A stretch of 64,000 bases of DNA from Heterodontus francisci. Its lineage: Eukaryota. The stretch lies in contig NC_090404.1 in the NCBI RefSeq assembly GCF_036365525.1, positions 6,324,001 to 6,388,000 on the forward strand. The letters run 5' to 3'. Positions within the stretch are counted from its first letter, which is position 1. The number at the start of each line of letters is the position of its first letter. Below the pieces are notes generated by a model. The model worked only from the letters and a program-made list of their open reading frames with translations, had not been told where the DNA came from and ran no database searches. This document shows, in pieces, positions 38,241 through 51,499 of this stretch. The translations under genes and the position numbers were made by a program.

Positions 38241-38971
38241 CTATTATTGCCCTCTGGTCGGATCGCCTTCTGAACCCTGACTGACATATGAGGAGTTCTC
38301 ACTCATGACAGATATTAGCAAGCTGTCTTACACCATAATTGCAAATTATTCTCCTCAAAAAGACTCCGTGGAACTGCATTTTCCCGACCTTTCACCCCTC
38401 CTCCTACGTTTTTCCAGTACCCCAAATATGGTGACAAGACGCCAGAAAATTAAGTTTGTTACCCGTTGGGCCTAAAATTCTGAATTTCATTTGACACTCG
38501 TTTTGAGCCAGTGTGAATTACATGCACAGCTCGTGTCCTTGGATGGCAGAGCCATTATATTCAGCGGAGATGTGATCCGTTGCAAGGATCGATGGACGGG
38601 CGGAAATACGAACACACGAATTAGAGGCAGTAGTGTGCCACTCGGCCCCTCGAGCCTGTTCTGCCAGGGATTTTAGGAAGAACTTTATTTAGTGCATAAC
38701 ACAATTTCGCCCACAATTATTCGGTTTTTACGCCGGGTACTTGCTTCAAAGCCCATTGCTGCCTTCTTAGGGTGCAAATACACAGTATAAGTTATAGAAT
38801 CTTCCGGAAGCGTTTTCAGGTTGTTGTCTTTCCAATCAACGATATTATTTCAACAACAGCTAGAGATTGATATCTCGAAGTTGATTTATTCTCCGAGAGA
38901 CAGTGAAGGCTGAATATTGGTGTCTGATTCTGAAGATGAATCTTTGTTTGTCTTTCATTTCTGTTTTACAG

Positions 38972-39280
38972 TTCCTTGTTCCTGCAATGATCCAGTAATT
39001 AAACTACTGCCACCATCAATAGAACAGGTCTTACTGGAGGCGACGGTGACCTTAACCTGCGTCGTGTCTAATGCTCCTTATGGCATCAACGTGTCCTGGA
39101 CACAAGAACAGAAACCTTTGAAATCAGAGATTGCCGTCCAACCCGGAGAGGATTCCGACAGTGTGATCAGCACCGTAGACATCTCGACACAATCCTGGCT
39201 GAGTGGGGTTGATTTCTTCTGCGTGGTGAGCCATCAGGATCTGCCGACTCCTCTCAGAGATTCCATCCACAAGGAAGCAG
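38972..39280 (+). CDS. IGHM: C-mu3 exon
   Basis: Acceptor TTTACAG|; [38 protein letters not shown]; donor G|GTGAG. Confidence 0.96.
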
Positions 39281-39765
39281 GTGAGCGGTGAGATTGAAAA
39301 AAAAATAGTGAGAGGTTGTGCTTATTTCCAGTGTTTGTGCAAGGCCCAATTCAACCTGTTAAATGGTTGAATGGATTACTCTGATAATTTAATTGTAATT
39401 CACTAACGAACCTCTCTGGAACCATCAGTGATGCATTTAAAGGCAAACTAGAAACGTAGATGATGGAGAAAGGAATAGAAGGAATTGAAGTAAGGTGAGA
39501 GGAGATTCGTGTGCAGCATAAACACCAGCACAGGCTAGTTGGGCCGAATGGCCTGTTCCCGTGCTGTAAGTTCTATGTAATTTTTCATTCCAATCCTTTA
39601 CGTTGTCAGCCAGGGGAATGCACCCGCCTCTGCTCTGGGCTGGAATGCGGGCCAGGCCCCAGAGGGGAAAAGGAAAACCTTGAAAATTTCTCTCACATCT
39701 AACCACTGGTTTCATTGTATCTGTAATTCTCCAGTTTATTAATATTTATTTTATTTTTTCTGCAG

Positions 39766-40157
39766 TTAAACATCTGCGGGAACCGTTCGTGTCTGTCCTC
39801 CTGCCCCCGGCAGAAGATGTCTCCGCTCAGAGGTTTCTCTCCCTCACCTGCTTAGTGAGAGGTTTCTCCCCCAGGGAGATCTTCATCAAGTGGACCGTCA
39901 ATGACAAGTCGGTGAATCCCGGCAACTACAAGAACACCGAGGTGATGGCGGAGAACGACAATAGCTCCTTCTTCATCTACAGCCTGTTATCCATTGCAGC
40001 GGAGGAGTGGGCCAGCGGCGCTTCTTACTCCTGTGTGGTGGGACATGAAGCGATCCCCTTGAAGATCATCAACAGAACAGTTAATAAATCCAGCGGTAAA
40101 CCGAGTTTTGTGAACATTTCCCTTGCACTGTTGGACACTGTCAATTCATGTCAATGA
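39766..40157 (+). CDS. IGHM: C-mu4 exon plus secretory tailpiece (internal donor after 40095 for the membrane form)
   Basis: Acceptor TCTGCAG|; [22 protein letters not shown]..; tailpiece [20 protein letters not shown] with N-glycan site and penultimate Cys; AGCG|GTAAA donor. Confidence 0.97.
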
Positions 40158-40185
40158 GAATCTTTCGATTGCATTTCAATTCCTA

Positions 40186-40201
40186 AATAAAAATCAATAA
40201 A
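40186..40201 (+). terminator. Secretory poly(A) signals (two AATAAA)
   Basis: AATAAA at 40186-40191 and 40196-40201, just after the stop. Confidence 0.85.
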
Positions 40202-41264
40202 GACCTTTTCTTCCAATCGCGTTTAAATACACATCCGCTCAATTAATTTTGCTTCCCACATCTGCTAAGTGTAGGTCTATTGATCTAACGAACGGTATTT
40301 CCTGCTCTGGGGCCCAAGTCTTGTAGAACCAGTGCTCCCAGCTCAGATACACCACAGATTATTGACGGAGAAAAGCTGATTTGTTGCAGGATTCCAGTAA
40401 CTTCTGAAACTTTGCTGATTTCTATTGGCTGTGGTCAGGAGGCGGGGTGGGGTGGTGCGGTGAGGTTATGGAATATGAAATTTTCTCTTTTCTAACAAAC
40501 ACCAGCAGCCCATTTAGATGTCTGCTGTTCCTGCTTCTCGTGTTGTCCATCCCTTCAGAACTGGTGTCAGTTTTAAGTTGCAGCATCGCACCCACTAGGA
40601 GCTGAAATGAGGGCCACACACGAATACGAACTAGACCCATAATCCCACATCAGAAAGAAGGGAAAGGATAGTTTACTAACCCACTGTGTCATCACTTCCT
40701 AAATAGAGACAGGAAAAGGACAATTGTTAGTCCATTGTAACTCTACTTCTCTAATAGAGAGAGCAAAGGCTGCAATCCCTTCCCGCAATTCCTCCAACAG
40801 ATAAAGGAGCAAGGACATTTCGTAACCCACTATACTCCCACTCCCCCGGCAGAGGTTTGGCTGTCAACTGCTCTCTATTATATGGCCTCAATTGCCATTA
40901 GTACAACGTCAGCTTCTAGCTCACTGTACGAAGGTTTTAAGCTTTCTACATGAAAATCATATTGTAAACTACAGATGTATGCAACATAATATCTTTAAAC
41001 TTTTCCCGGTATATCTTATTCGAACAGATTGAATTCTAATAGTCCAAATGTAACTGGTGATAGAAAACTCCTCTATATTCTTTTACTCTTGTGTTCCTGA
41101 CGATTCCGAGGTCCTTCAGTTGCATTCAGCTGATGTCATATTACATCTCGCTCAGAATACATTTATGCACAGAACGGCGAAGAATATTCTCTACAATGCG
41201 CACCGTCAAAGCCAGACCCGGTTATTGGTTCTCTGTGGAACTTTGAAAAAGAACAAAAATGTAC

Positions 41265-42175
41265 AGGCACACGGACACAAACACACACATAAACATACTC
41301 ACATGCACTACCACACACACATGCACCTGCATACAGGAACAGACCCAAACACAGATATGAATGCTCCCACAGTCAAAGACACAAACATAAACATAAACAC
41401 ACACCTTAGTGCAGTCTCACTTACACAGAAACATAGACATAAAAATACACACTAGGATTCACATTAATACACGCGCATGGATGCACATACTCGTACATTA
41501 ACAAAATCATACACGTACACACAAAGACATAGATAAATAGACACATTAACCCACTCACACACACAAATAAACACCAACATTAATATACTGACACACAAAC
41601 GCATGGAAACACAAACACGCACAGAAACACATACAGTAGCACACGTACACATAATTATACATTAACACACGCAATAATTCATTAACGTAGACATCAATGC
41701 AAAAGCACACAAATTATCACAATTATGGGGGCACATCACACATAAACAAACACCTTAACACACCTTTATACACAGTCATTCACACATAAACACACATTAA
41801 CTTAAAGGGACCCACAAACACATCCAGCAACACAGAAACACAGGTGAATAAGCTGATGGGGACACAAACACACATAACCAAATATTAACACGCTCATACA
41901 TACACATGGACAGATAGACACAACACACCCAAATACACATACAGGCGGTCACTTGAATACATACATCAATGCTCATTGGCACGCTAACACACATTAACCT
42001 ACATGGATACATACACACAGCCATCAACATATAAAGAAACACATTAATGCACCCGATTTTGGGTATACAAACAAATAAACACATTCATTCACACTCACAC
42101 AAACTCACACATGGATACACAAACACAGAGTAATGCAAAGCAAGAGATACTCATACACACATACACAAACAAAAA
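41265..42175 (+). repeat. Long imperfect CA-rich tract in the C-mu4/TM1 intron
   Basis: About 0.9 kb of CA/ACAC-rich sequence on the sense strand. Confidence 0.88.
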
Positions 42176-42743
42176 TGCCAGATTATAGACGAAAGCAGAA
42201 TTCAAATGCGCTATTTGAACAGACACCGTCTTCAACATTTTTCCTCATACATGTAAGACCTACAATTTCAATGAAGCAATGTTTTCACTTAGAAACTGAG
42301 ATAAGTTATTGATTTTTAAATAAACAAGCAAAATTGGAACTCGCATCCGATCCCTTACCCAACAACATTGACAATCTCCAAATAAGTATCTATCTGAACC
42401 TATCTTCAATATAATTGCTATCAATCGGTAAACCTCCCTCTATATCTCACCATAATAATGCCCAATGATAGAACAAAATCGATCTAAACTAAAATAGCGC
42501 CTGACACTGAAAAAAAAACTGACATATTTTCCAACACGACCTGGGCGAGGATCATAAGGCAAGAACGCTGAGGAGTGACAGAGATAGCTGGCTGAACATG
42601 ATTAACTGACTCGATAAACATTGAAAATTAAATTGAAGAACAAAATAATGGCTCAAGGAAGTAAATTGCGAATGTAAAAGAGCAATCTTATATTTAGGAT
42701 TAATAAGAGATCTAAATACATTTCCTCCCCTACATCTCCGTAG

Positions 42744-42871
42744 ATTCATCAGACCACATCTGGATTGAAGACAATGAGGAAGAGAGCGGCAACATCTGGA
42801 CAACCGCTTCCACATTCATCATCCTGTTCTTCCTGAGCATTTTCTACAGTGCTGCTGTCACTCTGGTGAAG
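42744..42871 (+). CDS. IGHM: IgM TM1 exon
   Basis: Acceptor CCGTAG|; DSSDHIWIEDNEEESGNIWTTASTFIILFFLSIFYSAAVTLVK (CART motif); donor AAG|GTGAG; missed by the ORF track. Confidence 0.96.
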
Positions 42872-43016
42872 GTGAGAATACTCAATCCACTCACATTTCA
42901 AGTTGATTGAAGCTGTTTGACAAGTCTCTAAAGTTTTCACAGATTAAAATAAACCTGCGAGATGTATGTCCCAGAACACCAAATCTCTGCTTCATTCTTT
43001 TATCCCTCTTTTACAG

Positions 43017-43025
43017 GTCAAGTAA
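43017..43025 (+). CDS. IGHM: IgM TM2 exon (VK-stop)
   Basis: Polypyrimidine tract then TTACAG|GTC AAG TAA, giving the KVK cytoplasmic tail. Confidence 0.93.
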   Translation, partial: VK

Positions 43026-43246
43026 TCGCTTGAATTTCGGCCGCCCTGGATTTTCCTCATTTTTTAAAACCTCTTTGCATTATCAAAAAACTGTAAAATT
43101 AAAATGCCTTCAATTTATGTTTCCGAATCCGTAGATGAGAAAATCGGAAGCACTGTTTCAGTTTTTCTGTTTGAAATGTATGATATAATCGTGGTTATAA
43201 TGTAAATGTATCTTCGAGATTCACCGTTGTCTGAATTTCATGTGTA

Positions 43247-43252
43247 AATAAA
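43247..43252 (+). terminator. Membrane-form poly(A) signal
   Basis: First AATAAA after TM2, followed by T-rich sequence. Confidence 0.7.
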
Positions 43253-43824
43253 TAACTATTCTTTATTCACAATTGTTTTCTTCCCTTTATGTTGAGCCCC
43301 TGTTTTTTTCTCTCTGGTCTGTTACAGTTTTATAGACAGCTGGCATCTCGGACCGCATGTGTACTGTTCTTGATGTGTCACGCAGTTGTTATTATTCAGT
43401 TTGAACCTTTTTAAAAATTTATTCTTTTGAAAATTGTTAATAAAACTTGAATAACAAATGGAATAAGTTGCCGAATTCCTTAACACAAGGCCCATCTACA
43501 CGCTGCATTTTCCCCATTACAAGTTTTTCCCCTTTCCTGACAGCTATTTTTCACCGGTCCTGTTTGGGTTGGGTTTCAATGCACTCCGGTGAAAGAGATG
43601 CTGCGCCATCCAGTGTCCCATCAGAGTAAACACTCCTTTTCCCCTGCTTGATGATGTCAATCTCCAGAGACATTATGACCGCAGAGCGACCAGGAGCATC
43701 TCACTGACATCTTTCATTTTCGGGTCGGTCACAGTCACGTGCCAGGTTATGTCAAAGGGCAACACTCTGCTCCATCATAGCCTGACATACAACAGTATAT
43801 GGAAGATATGTTAAAATAGTGTAT

Positions 43825-44060
43825 GTCACATCAAACTTTTCCAGGGAAGGCATGGCATCGATTAGATACAGAGTAAAGCTCTCTCTACTTTGTCCCATCA
43901 AACACTGCCAGGGCAGGAACGGGCCAGGTTAAATAAAAAAGTAAAACTCTCCCTACACTGTGCCATTAAACACTGTCAGGGCATGCACAGCACGGGTTAG
44001 ATAGAGGGTACTGCTCCCTCTACATTGACCCATCAAATACTGCCAGGACAGGTAAAGCAC
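43825..44060 (-). repeat. ~68-bp minisatellite, inverted relative to 30985-31330
   Basis: CCCATCAAACACTGCCAGGGCAGG..AGATACAGAGTAAAGCT units. Confidence 0.7.
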
Positions 44061-44584
44061 AGTGTAGTTATATGACAGACACGTGGGGAAGTACAAATCC
44101 TGAGAAGCATTACTAGAGACCTGTGCCTATGCAGCATCAAGCACAAATGCTGGCAATCATTCCAAGAGCCTGGGGTCCATCTGACACGCCAGGGAGCACA
44201 AACTCGAGGAATGATCCCAGAGCTTGGGGACTATCTCATGCACCAGAGTGATTTGCAAAGCCTGAAGTCTATGTGACAAACAAGGAAGCAAAAGTGGTGG
44301 GATGATTCCCAGTGTTTGAGGCTTATCTAACAGAAGAGAGTGCATAAACTGTGGGAATGATTAACGCAGTCTGATCCTATCCAATACAGAGACTCTAACT
44401 TGACATTTTCTGTTTTGCACACAAACAGAAACTCTCCACCTGCTCTGCTCAAACACACAATCCAATTTTCTGTCATGCACATGGCGAATCTCCACCTCCA
44501 CCTTTTCTATTATACTTGGTACCCCTGACGCTCTGTCACATGTTTGCCTGCTGAACCTCCTCTCTGCTCTGTTTCAATCCGTCT

Positions 44585-45400
44585 GATACCATCTACCTAA
44601 ATTCACTGAACATTATCCCAGGGATCCTATCTCCCTGCTCCATTCCCTCTGGTACCATCTCCCTGAACTCAAACATCACCCCAGGGATCCTCTCTCCCTG
44701 CTCCATTCCCTCTGGTACCATCTTCCTGAACTCAAACATCACCCCAGGGATCCTCTCTCCCTGCTCCATTCCCTCTGGTACCATCTTCCTGAACTCAAAC
44801 ATCACCCCAGGGATCCTCTCTCCCTGCTCCTTTCCCTCTGATGCCATCTCCCTGAACTCACTGAACATCATCCCAGGGATCCTATCTCCCTGCTCCATTC
44901 CCTCTGGTACCATCTCCCTGAACTCAAACATCACCCCAGGGATCCTCTCTCCCTGCTCCTTTCCCTCTGATGCCACCTCCCTGAATTCACTGATCATCAC
45001 CCCAGGGATCCTACCTCCCTGCTCCATTCCCTCTGCCACCTTCGCCATGAACTCAAACATCACCCCAGGGATCCTCTCTCCCTGCTCCATTCCCTCTGAT
45101 GCCATCTACCTGAAATCACTGAACATCACCCCAGGGATCCTATCTCCCTGCTCCATTCCCTCTGCCACCTTCGCCATGAACTCAAACATCACCCCAGAGA
45201 TCCTCTCTCCCTGCTCCATTCCCTCTGATGCCATCTCCCTGAAATCACTGAACATCACCCCAGGGATCCTCTCTCCTTGCTCCATTCCCTCTGCCACCTT
45301 CGCCATGAACTCAGTGAACATCACCCCAGGGATCCTCTCTCCCTGCTCAATTCCATCCCATGCCATCTTCCTGAACTCACCGAACATCACACCAGGCTTC
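44585..45400. repeat. 63/66-bp minisatellite, 12 full units plus a partial one
   Basis: Unit ATCACCCCAGGGATCCTCTCTCCCTGCTCCATTCCCTCTG(GTA/ATG)CCATCTCCCTGAACTC(ACTG/A)AAC. Confidence 0.95.
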
Positions 45401-45569
45401 GCCGGTGACCGTCACACTTTCTCTTCCTGAGGTTTCACTCCACCCCATTCACCATCTCATCAGATTTTTCAGAGTCCCCGGTCACGGGAACATTTTCAAA
45501 CGTTTCTGATCAGACCCGAATAACTTCTGACATTTTCATTCTGAACCTGAACCACATCTATCAGAACGA

Positions 45570-48500
45570 TTCTGCGAAGTTTAATGATAGGTCGGAAGAC
45601 TGGATAAAATTTAAAGACCGGAAAGGAATGACTAAAAAAATGAGGTGGAAATTAGCGTTCGAGAGAAAGCTACCTAGAAATAGAAAGCAGGTAGTAAGAG
45701 TTTCTACAAATATTTGAAAAGGAAAAGAGTACAAAAAGTGAGCGTCGGTCTTCTGGAGAGTGAATCTGGGGAATTAATAATGGGAAACGAGGAAATGGCA
45801 AAAGCGTTGAACAGATATTTTGTGTGTCTTCAACATAGAAGACACACGTAACATCTGAGAAATGCTTCTAAGCCTCACCTCTTGAGGTGAAAGGAAGGGA
45901 GGAACTTAAATCAATCGCAATCACCAGGTAAAGGGTACTGAGAAAACTATTGGGACTAAATGCAAGCAAGTCCCCAGGACATGATGGACTTCATCCTGGG
46001 ATCTTAAGTGTTTACAGAAATAATAGATGCATTGGTTGTAATTTCCCGAACATCCCTAGATTCTGGAAAAGTCCCATCAAATTGGAAAATAAAAAAATAT
46101 GGTCTTCCTATTCAAGAAAGGATATAGACAGAAGGCAGGCAACTACAGGCCAGTTAGCCTAACATCTGTCTTAGGGAAAGTGATAGAATCTATCATTAAG
46201 GCAAGAAAAGCAGGGCACTTAAAAATTTTAAACAGGCAGAGTCAACAAGTTTATGAAAGGGAAATCGTGTTTATTTTTATTTATTTATTTAATTATAATT
46301 TATTTGAGGAAGTAACAATCTACGCGGATAAAGGTGAACATATTGACCTGGTGTCCTTCGGTGACCAAAAGACGTTTTGCAGGTGCCACATCAAAGGTTA
46401 CGACACAGAATAAGAGCTTATCATGTAGGGGTAATATATTATTGGTTGGCGGACAGGAAACAAACAGTAGGAATAAACGGGTCTTTTTTCGAGCGGCAGG
46501 CAGTGACTAGTGGGGTACCGCAGGGATCAGTGCTAGGACCAGCTATTCACAATATATATTAATGATAGAGATGAGGGAATTAAATGTAATATATCCAAGT
46601 TTGCAGATGACACAAAGCTGGGTGGCAGTCTGAGCTGTGAGGATGATATAGAGATGCTCGTGGGTGATTTGGACAGATAGAATGAGTGGGCAAATACATG
46701 GCAGATGCAGTGTAATGAGGATAAATATGAGGTTATCCACTTTGGTGGCAAAAACAGAAAGACAAATTATTATCTGAACGTCGATAGATTGGGATAGGGG
46801 GAGATGCAGCGCGATCTGGGTGTCCTTGTGCACCAGTCGCTGAAAGTAAGCATGCAGGCAGAGAAGAAGGCAAATGGTATTTATTATTTATTTAGAGATA
46901 GAGCACTGAAACAGGCCCTTCGGCCCACCGAGTCTGTGCCGACCTTCAACCACTCATTTAGACTAATCCTACATTAATCCCATTACCCTCTCACATCCCC
47001 ACCTTCCCCCTACCACCGACCTATACTAGGGGCAATTTATAATGGCTAATTTAACTATCAACCTTCAAGTCTCTGGCTGTGGGAGGAAACCGGAGCACCC
47101 GGCAAAAAGCCACGCAGTCAGAGGGAGAACTTGCAAACTCCGCACAGCCAGTACCCAGAATCGAACTCCGGGTACTGGAGCCGTGAGGCTGCGGTCCTAA
47201 CCACTGCGCCGCCCATGTTGGCCTTCATAGCGAGAGCATTCGAGTACAGGAGCAAGGAAGTCTTGCTGCTATTATACAAAGCCTTGGTGAGACCACGTCT
47301 GGAGTATTGTGTTCCGTTTTGGTCTCCTTATCTGAGGAAGGATGTTCTTGCTATGGAAGGAGTGCAGCGAAGTTTCGCCTGACTGATTGCTGGGATGGCA
47401 GGACTTAAGTATGTAGAGGGATTTGGTCGATTAGGCTTGTATTCGCTAGAGTTTAGAAGAATGAGAGGGGAACTCATAGAAACCTACAAAATTCTAACAG
47501 AAATGGGCCGACTAGATGCAGGAAGGATGTTCCCAATGGCAGGGGAGTCCAGGACCAGGATTCACAATCTAAGGTTAAGGGGTAAGCATTTAGGACTGAG
47601 ATCAGGAGACATTTTTTTTCACCCAGAGATTGGTGGACCTGTGGAATTCTCTAATACGGAAAGCAGCTGAGACAAATCATTAAATATATTCAAGACACAG
47701 TTAAATATAGTTCTTAGGACTAATGGGATCAAGGGATACGGGGAGAAAGCGGGAACAGGTTACTGAGTTTGGATGATCAGCCACGATCCCATTGAATGTC
47801 GGAGTAGGCTCGAAGTGCCGAATGGCCAACTCCTGTTCCTATTTTCCTACGTTTCTCTTAGCTTGCATAAAGGACTGCTTAGCTAACAGGAATCAGAGAG
47901 TTGGGGTACTGGCTCATTTTCGGGTTAGTAAGCTGTAACTAGTGCAGTGCCACAGGGATCACTGCTGGGGCCTTAACTGTTTACAATCTATATCAATGCC
48001 TTGGATGAAGGGACTGAATGTAAGGCTGCTAAATTTTCTGATAATGCGGAGATAGGTAGAAAAAGTAAATTGTGGCGACATAATGAGTTTACAATGGGAT
48101 ATAGATAGATTACCTAACTGGCTAAAAATTGGCAGGTGGAGTATAATGTGGGAAATGTGAACTTGTCAACTTTGGTAGGAAGAATAGAAAAGCGGCATAT
48201 CATTTAAATGGAGAGAGATTGCAAAACTCTGCGGTACAGAGGGACTTGGGTGTCCTGGTACGTCAGCCACAAAAAGTTAGTATGCAGCTCCAGCAAGTGA
48301 TTAGGAAGACAAATGAGATGTCGTTTATTGCAATGGGAACAGAATATAAAAGTAAGGAAGTTTTGCTGCAGTTGTAAATGGCGTTGGTGAGACCACATCT
48401 GGAGTACTGTGTACAGTTTTCGGCTTCTTACTTAGGAATGGCCCCTGTGGAAACAGGCGGATAATTAATTGACTTTAGAGGGTGAAATATCAGACTGTAA

Positions 48501-51470
48501 AAGACACCTTTCAGAAAAGAGAAATAACAACATCGGGTAACACCATTCGGGATCTCAGGACATCCGAAAGCGCTTTACGGCAGATGAAATAATTATCAGG
48601 TGTAGTTCCTGTTGTAATGTAGAAATAATTATTTACACAAAGGGATCTGTAGAATCGTAGAATAGTTACAGCGCAAAAGAGGCCAATTAGCCCGTCATAT
48701 CTGCCCCATCTCTGTGTAAGCACAACGCAGCTAGTCCCACACTCCTGCCTTTTGCTTGTAACCCTGAAAATATTTTCTCTTCAGGTAAATAGACAACTCT
48801 CTTTTGAAGGCCTCTATTGAATGTGCCTCCACCACATTCTCTGGCAGTGCATTCCAGATCCTAACCACCTGCTGTGTAAAGACCTTATTTGCTTCATGTC
48901 GCCATTGGTTCTTTTGCCAATCATCTTAAACTGGTGTTCTCTGGTTCTCGATCCGTCCAGCAATGGAAACAGTTTCCCTCTGTCCCCTCGTGACTTTGAA
49001 CACCTCCATCAAATCTTCTTTCAATCGTTTATCCAAGGAGGAAAGCACCAGCTTCTCCAATCTATCCCTGTAACGGAAGTTCCTCGCATCTGGAACTAAT
49101 CTCATAACTCTTTTCTGCACACCCTCTATAATGCCTTCACATCCTTCCTAAGGTGAGGTGCCCAGAACTGGACTCAATACTTTAGTTGAGGTCGAACCAG
49201 TGCATTATGCAGGATTATCACAACTTCCTTGCTTTTGTACTCCATGCCATTATTTATAAGTCCTAGCATCCCGTATGCTCTATTAACCAATCTCACAACC
49301 TGCCCTGCAATCTTCAATGATTCGCCCACATCTACCCTGGTCTCTTTGCTCCTGCACCTCTTTTAGAATTGTACCCTTTATTTTACACACGAACATACAA
49401 ATTAGGAGCAGGAGAAGGTCACTCGGCTCCTCAAGCCTGCTCCCCCATTCAATAAGATCATGGCTGATCTGATCATAACCTCAACTTCACATTCCTACCT
49501 ACCCCCAATAACCATTCACCACTTGCTCCTATGTAGAATCGATGTACCAGTCTTAAAAATATTCAAAGACTTATCTTCCATGGCCTTTTGAAGTAGAAAA
49601 TTCCAAAGACTCACGAACCTCTGAGAGAGAAAATAAAATCTCCTTACCTCTGTCTTAAATGGGCGACATCTCCTTTTTAAGCAATGGCCCCTAGTCCGAG
49701 ATTCTCCCACAAGAATCCAAACATTCTTTCCACATTCACCCTGTCGAGACCTCTCAGGATTTTACCTGTTTCTATCAAGTCACCTCTTACTCTTCTAAAC
49801 ACCAGCGGATACAATAATATAAAAGCAAAATACTGCAGATGCTGGAAAACTGAAATAAAAATAAAAATGCTGGAAATACCAAGCAGGTCTGCGGGGAGAG
49901 AAGCAGAGTTAACGTTTCAGGCCCGTGTCTTTTCAACAGAACAGGCAGATACAAGCCTAGCCTGCCCAATCTTTTATCATAAGACAGACCGTCCATTGCA
50001 GGTATTTGTCTAGTAAACCTTCTTTGTACTGCTTCCAACTGCATTTATGTCCTTCCTTAATTAAGGAGAGCAATAATGTACACAGTACTCCAGATCTGTT
50101 CTCACCAATGCCCTGTATAACTGAAGCATAACCTCCCTCCTTGTGTATTCATTTCCCCTCGCAATGAGCGACAAAATTCCATTCGCTTTCCTAATTATTC
50201 GGTGAACCTTCATATTAACCTTCTGCGATTCATGCACGAGGACACCCAGATCCCTCTGCATCTCAGAGCTCTGCAATCTCTCATCATTCACATAATATGC
50301 TTCTTTTTATTCTTCCTGCCAAAATGGACAATTGCACATTTTCCTATATGATACCCCATTTGCCTGATCTTTGCCCACTCACTTGACCTATCTATATCCC
50401 TTTGCAGACTCCTTATGTCCTTTTCACAACATATTTTCCTACCAATTTTTGTGTCATCAGCAAATTTATCAACCATACCTTCGGTCCCTTCATGCAAGTC
50501 ATTTATATAAATTGTAAAAGGTTGAGGCCCAAGCATTCATCCCTTGGCACACCACTCGTTACATCTTAGAATTGAAGGTGGCAGGACAGGTTGAGAAAGC
50601 AGTTGATAATGTATTTCCTTCATATTCTTTCATAGAACATGGGCGTTGATGGCAAGGCCAGCATTTGGTGACCATCCTTAATTGCTCTTAAACTGAGTGG
50701 CTTGTTAGGTCACTTCAGAGCACAGTTAAGAGTCAACCACATTGTTCTGGGTCTGGAGTCACATACAGGCCAACCCAGATAAGGACAGCAGATTTCCTTC
50801 CGTAACAGACATTCGTGAATTACATGGGTTTTTACGAGAATCAATGATAATTTCATGGCACCAATACTGAAACGAGCTTTCAACTCCAGATTCCCATTAA
50901 TTAATTGATTTTAAATTTCAACAGCTGCCGTGGTGGGATTTTAACCCAAGTGCCCAGGACTTACTACTTGGCTTCTGGATTACTGCGCCTGTGATATTAT
51001 CACTATCCCACTGTCTCCCATAGAGAAAGAGTGATATATTGCCTCTCCTCGTTCATCCTAGAAAATGAATCGCATTATACTTCTTTGCATTAACTTTGAA
51101 CTGCCGCTTGTCCACCCATTCCACTAGCCTGTCTGCGTCCTTTTGAAGTGTATCCCTATCTTCCTCACACTTCACAGTACTCCCAAGTTTGGTGTCATTG
51201 GCAAATTTTGAAATTGTGCCCTGTACACTCAACTCTATGTCATTAATATATCAAGAAAACCAGTGGCCCTAACACTAACCCCGGGTGAACCGCACTACAA
51301 ACCTTTCTCCAATCCAAAAAAACAACTGGTCATCATTAGTCTCTGTTTCTTCTCATTCCGATAATTTCGCATCCATGTTGCTACTGCCCCTTTTATCCCA
51401 TGAGCAAGAACTTTGAAGCCAAGCCTGTTATATGACACTTTATCAAATGCCTTTTGGAATCAATATACAT
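45570..51470. mobile_element. Nested CR1 fragments (both strands) with SINE insertions
   Basis: Several RT remnants ([37 protein letters not shown]). Confidence 0.85.
46881..47214 (-). mobile_element. HE1-type SINE inside CR1
   Basis: Homologous to 500-847; splits the CR1 sequence GCAAATGGTAT|GTTGGCC. Confidence 0.85.
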
Positions 51471-51499
51471 CTTGGCATTTCTTCACGGACGAAGATTTT

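Noticed and set aside
38245-38262. CTCF-like CCGACCAGAGGGCAATA (minus strand)
   Set aside because: Mismatch at a core C and adjacent to TE tails
43120-43190. Alternative TM2 acceptor (TCCGTAG|ATGAGA...)
   Set aside because: The canonical VK-stop exon with a stronger polypyrimidine tract lies upstream; no supporting evidence
44593-45430. Repeat-protein ORFs or a mammalian-type switch region in the 63/66-bp array
   Set aside because: ORFs follow from the unit length; the array is 3' of all C exons, C-rich on the sense strand and lacks AGCT repeats
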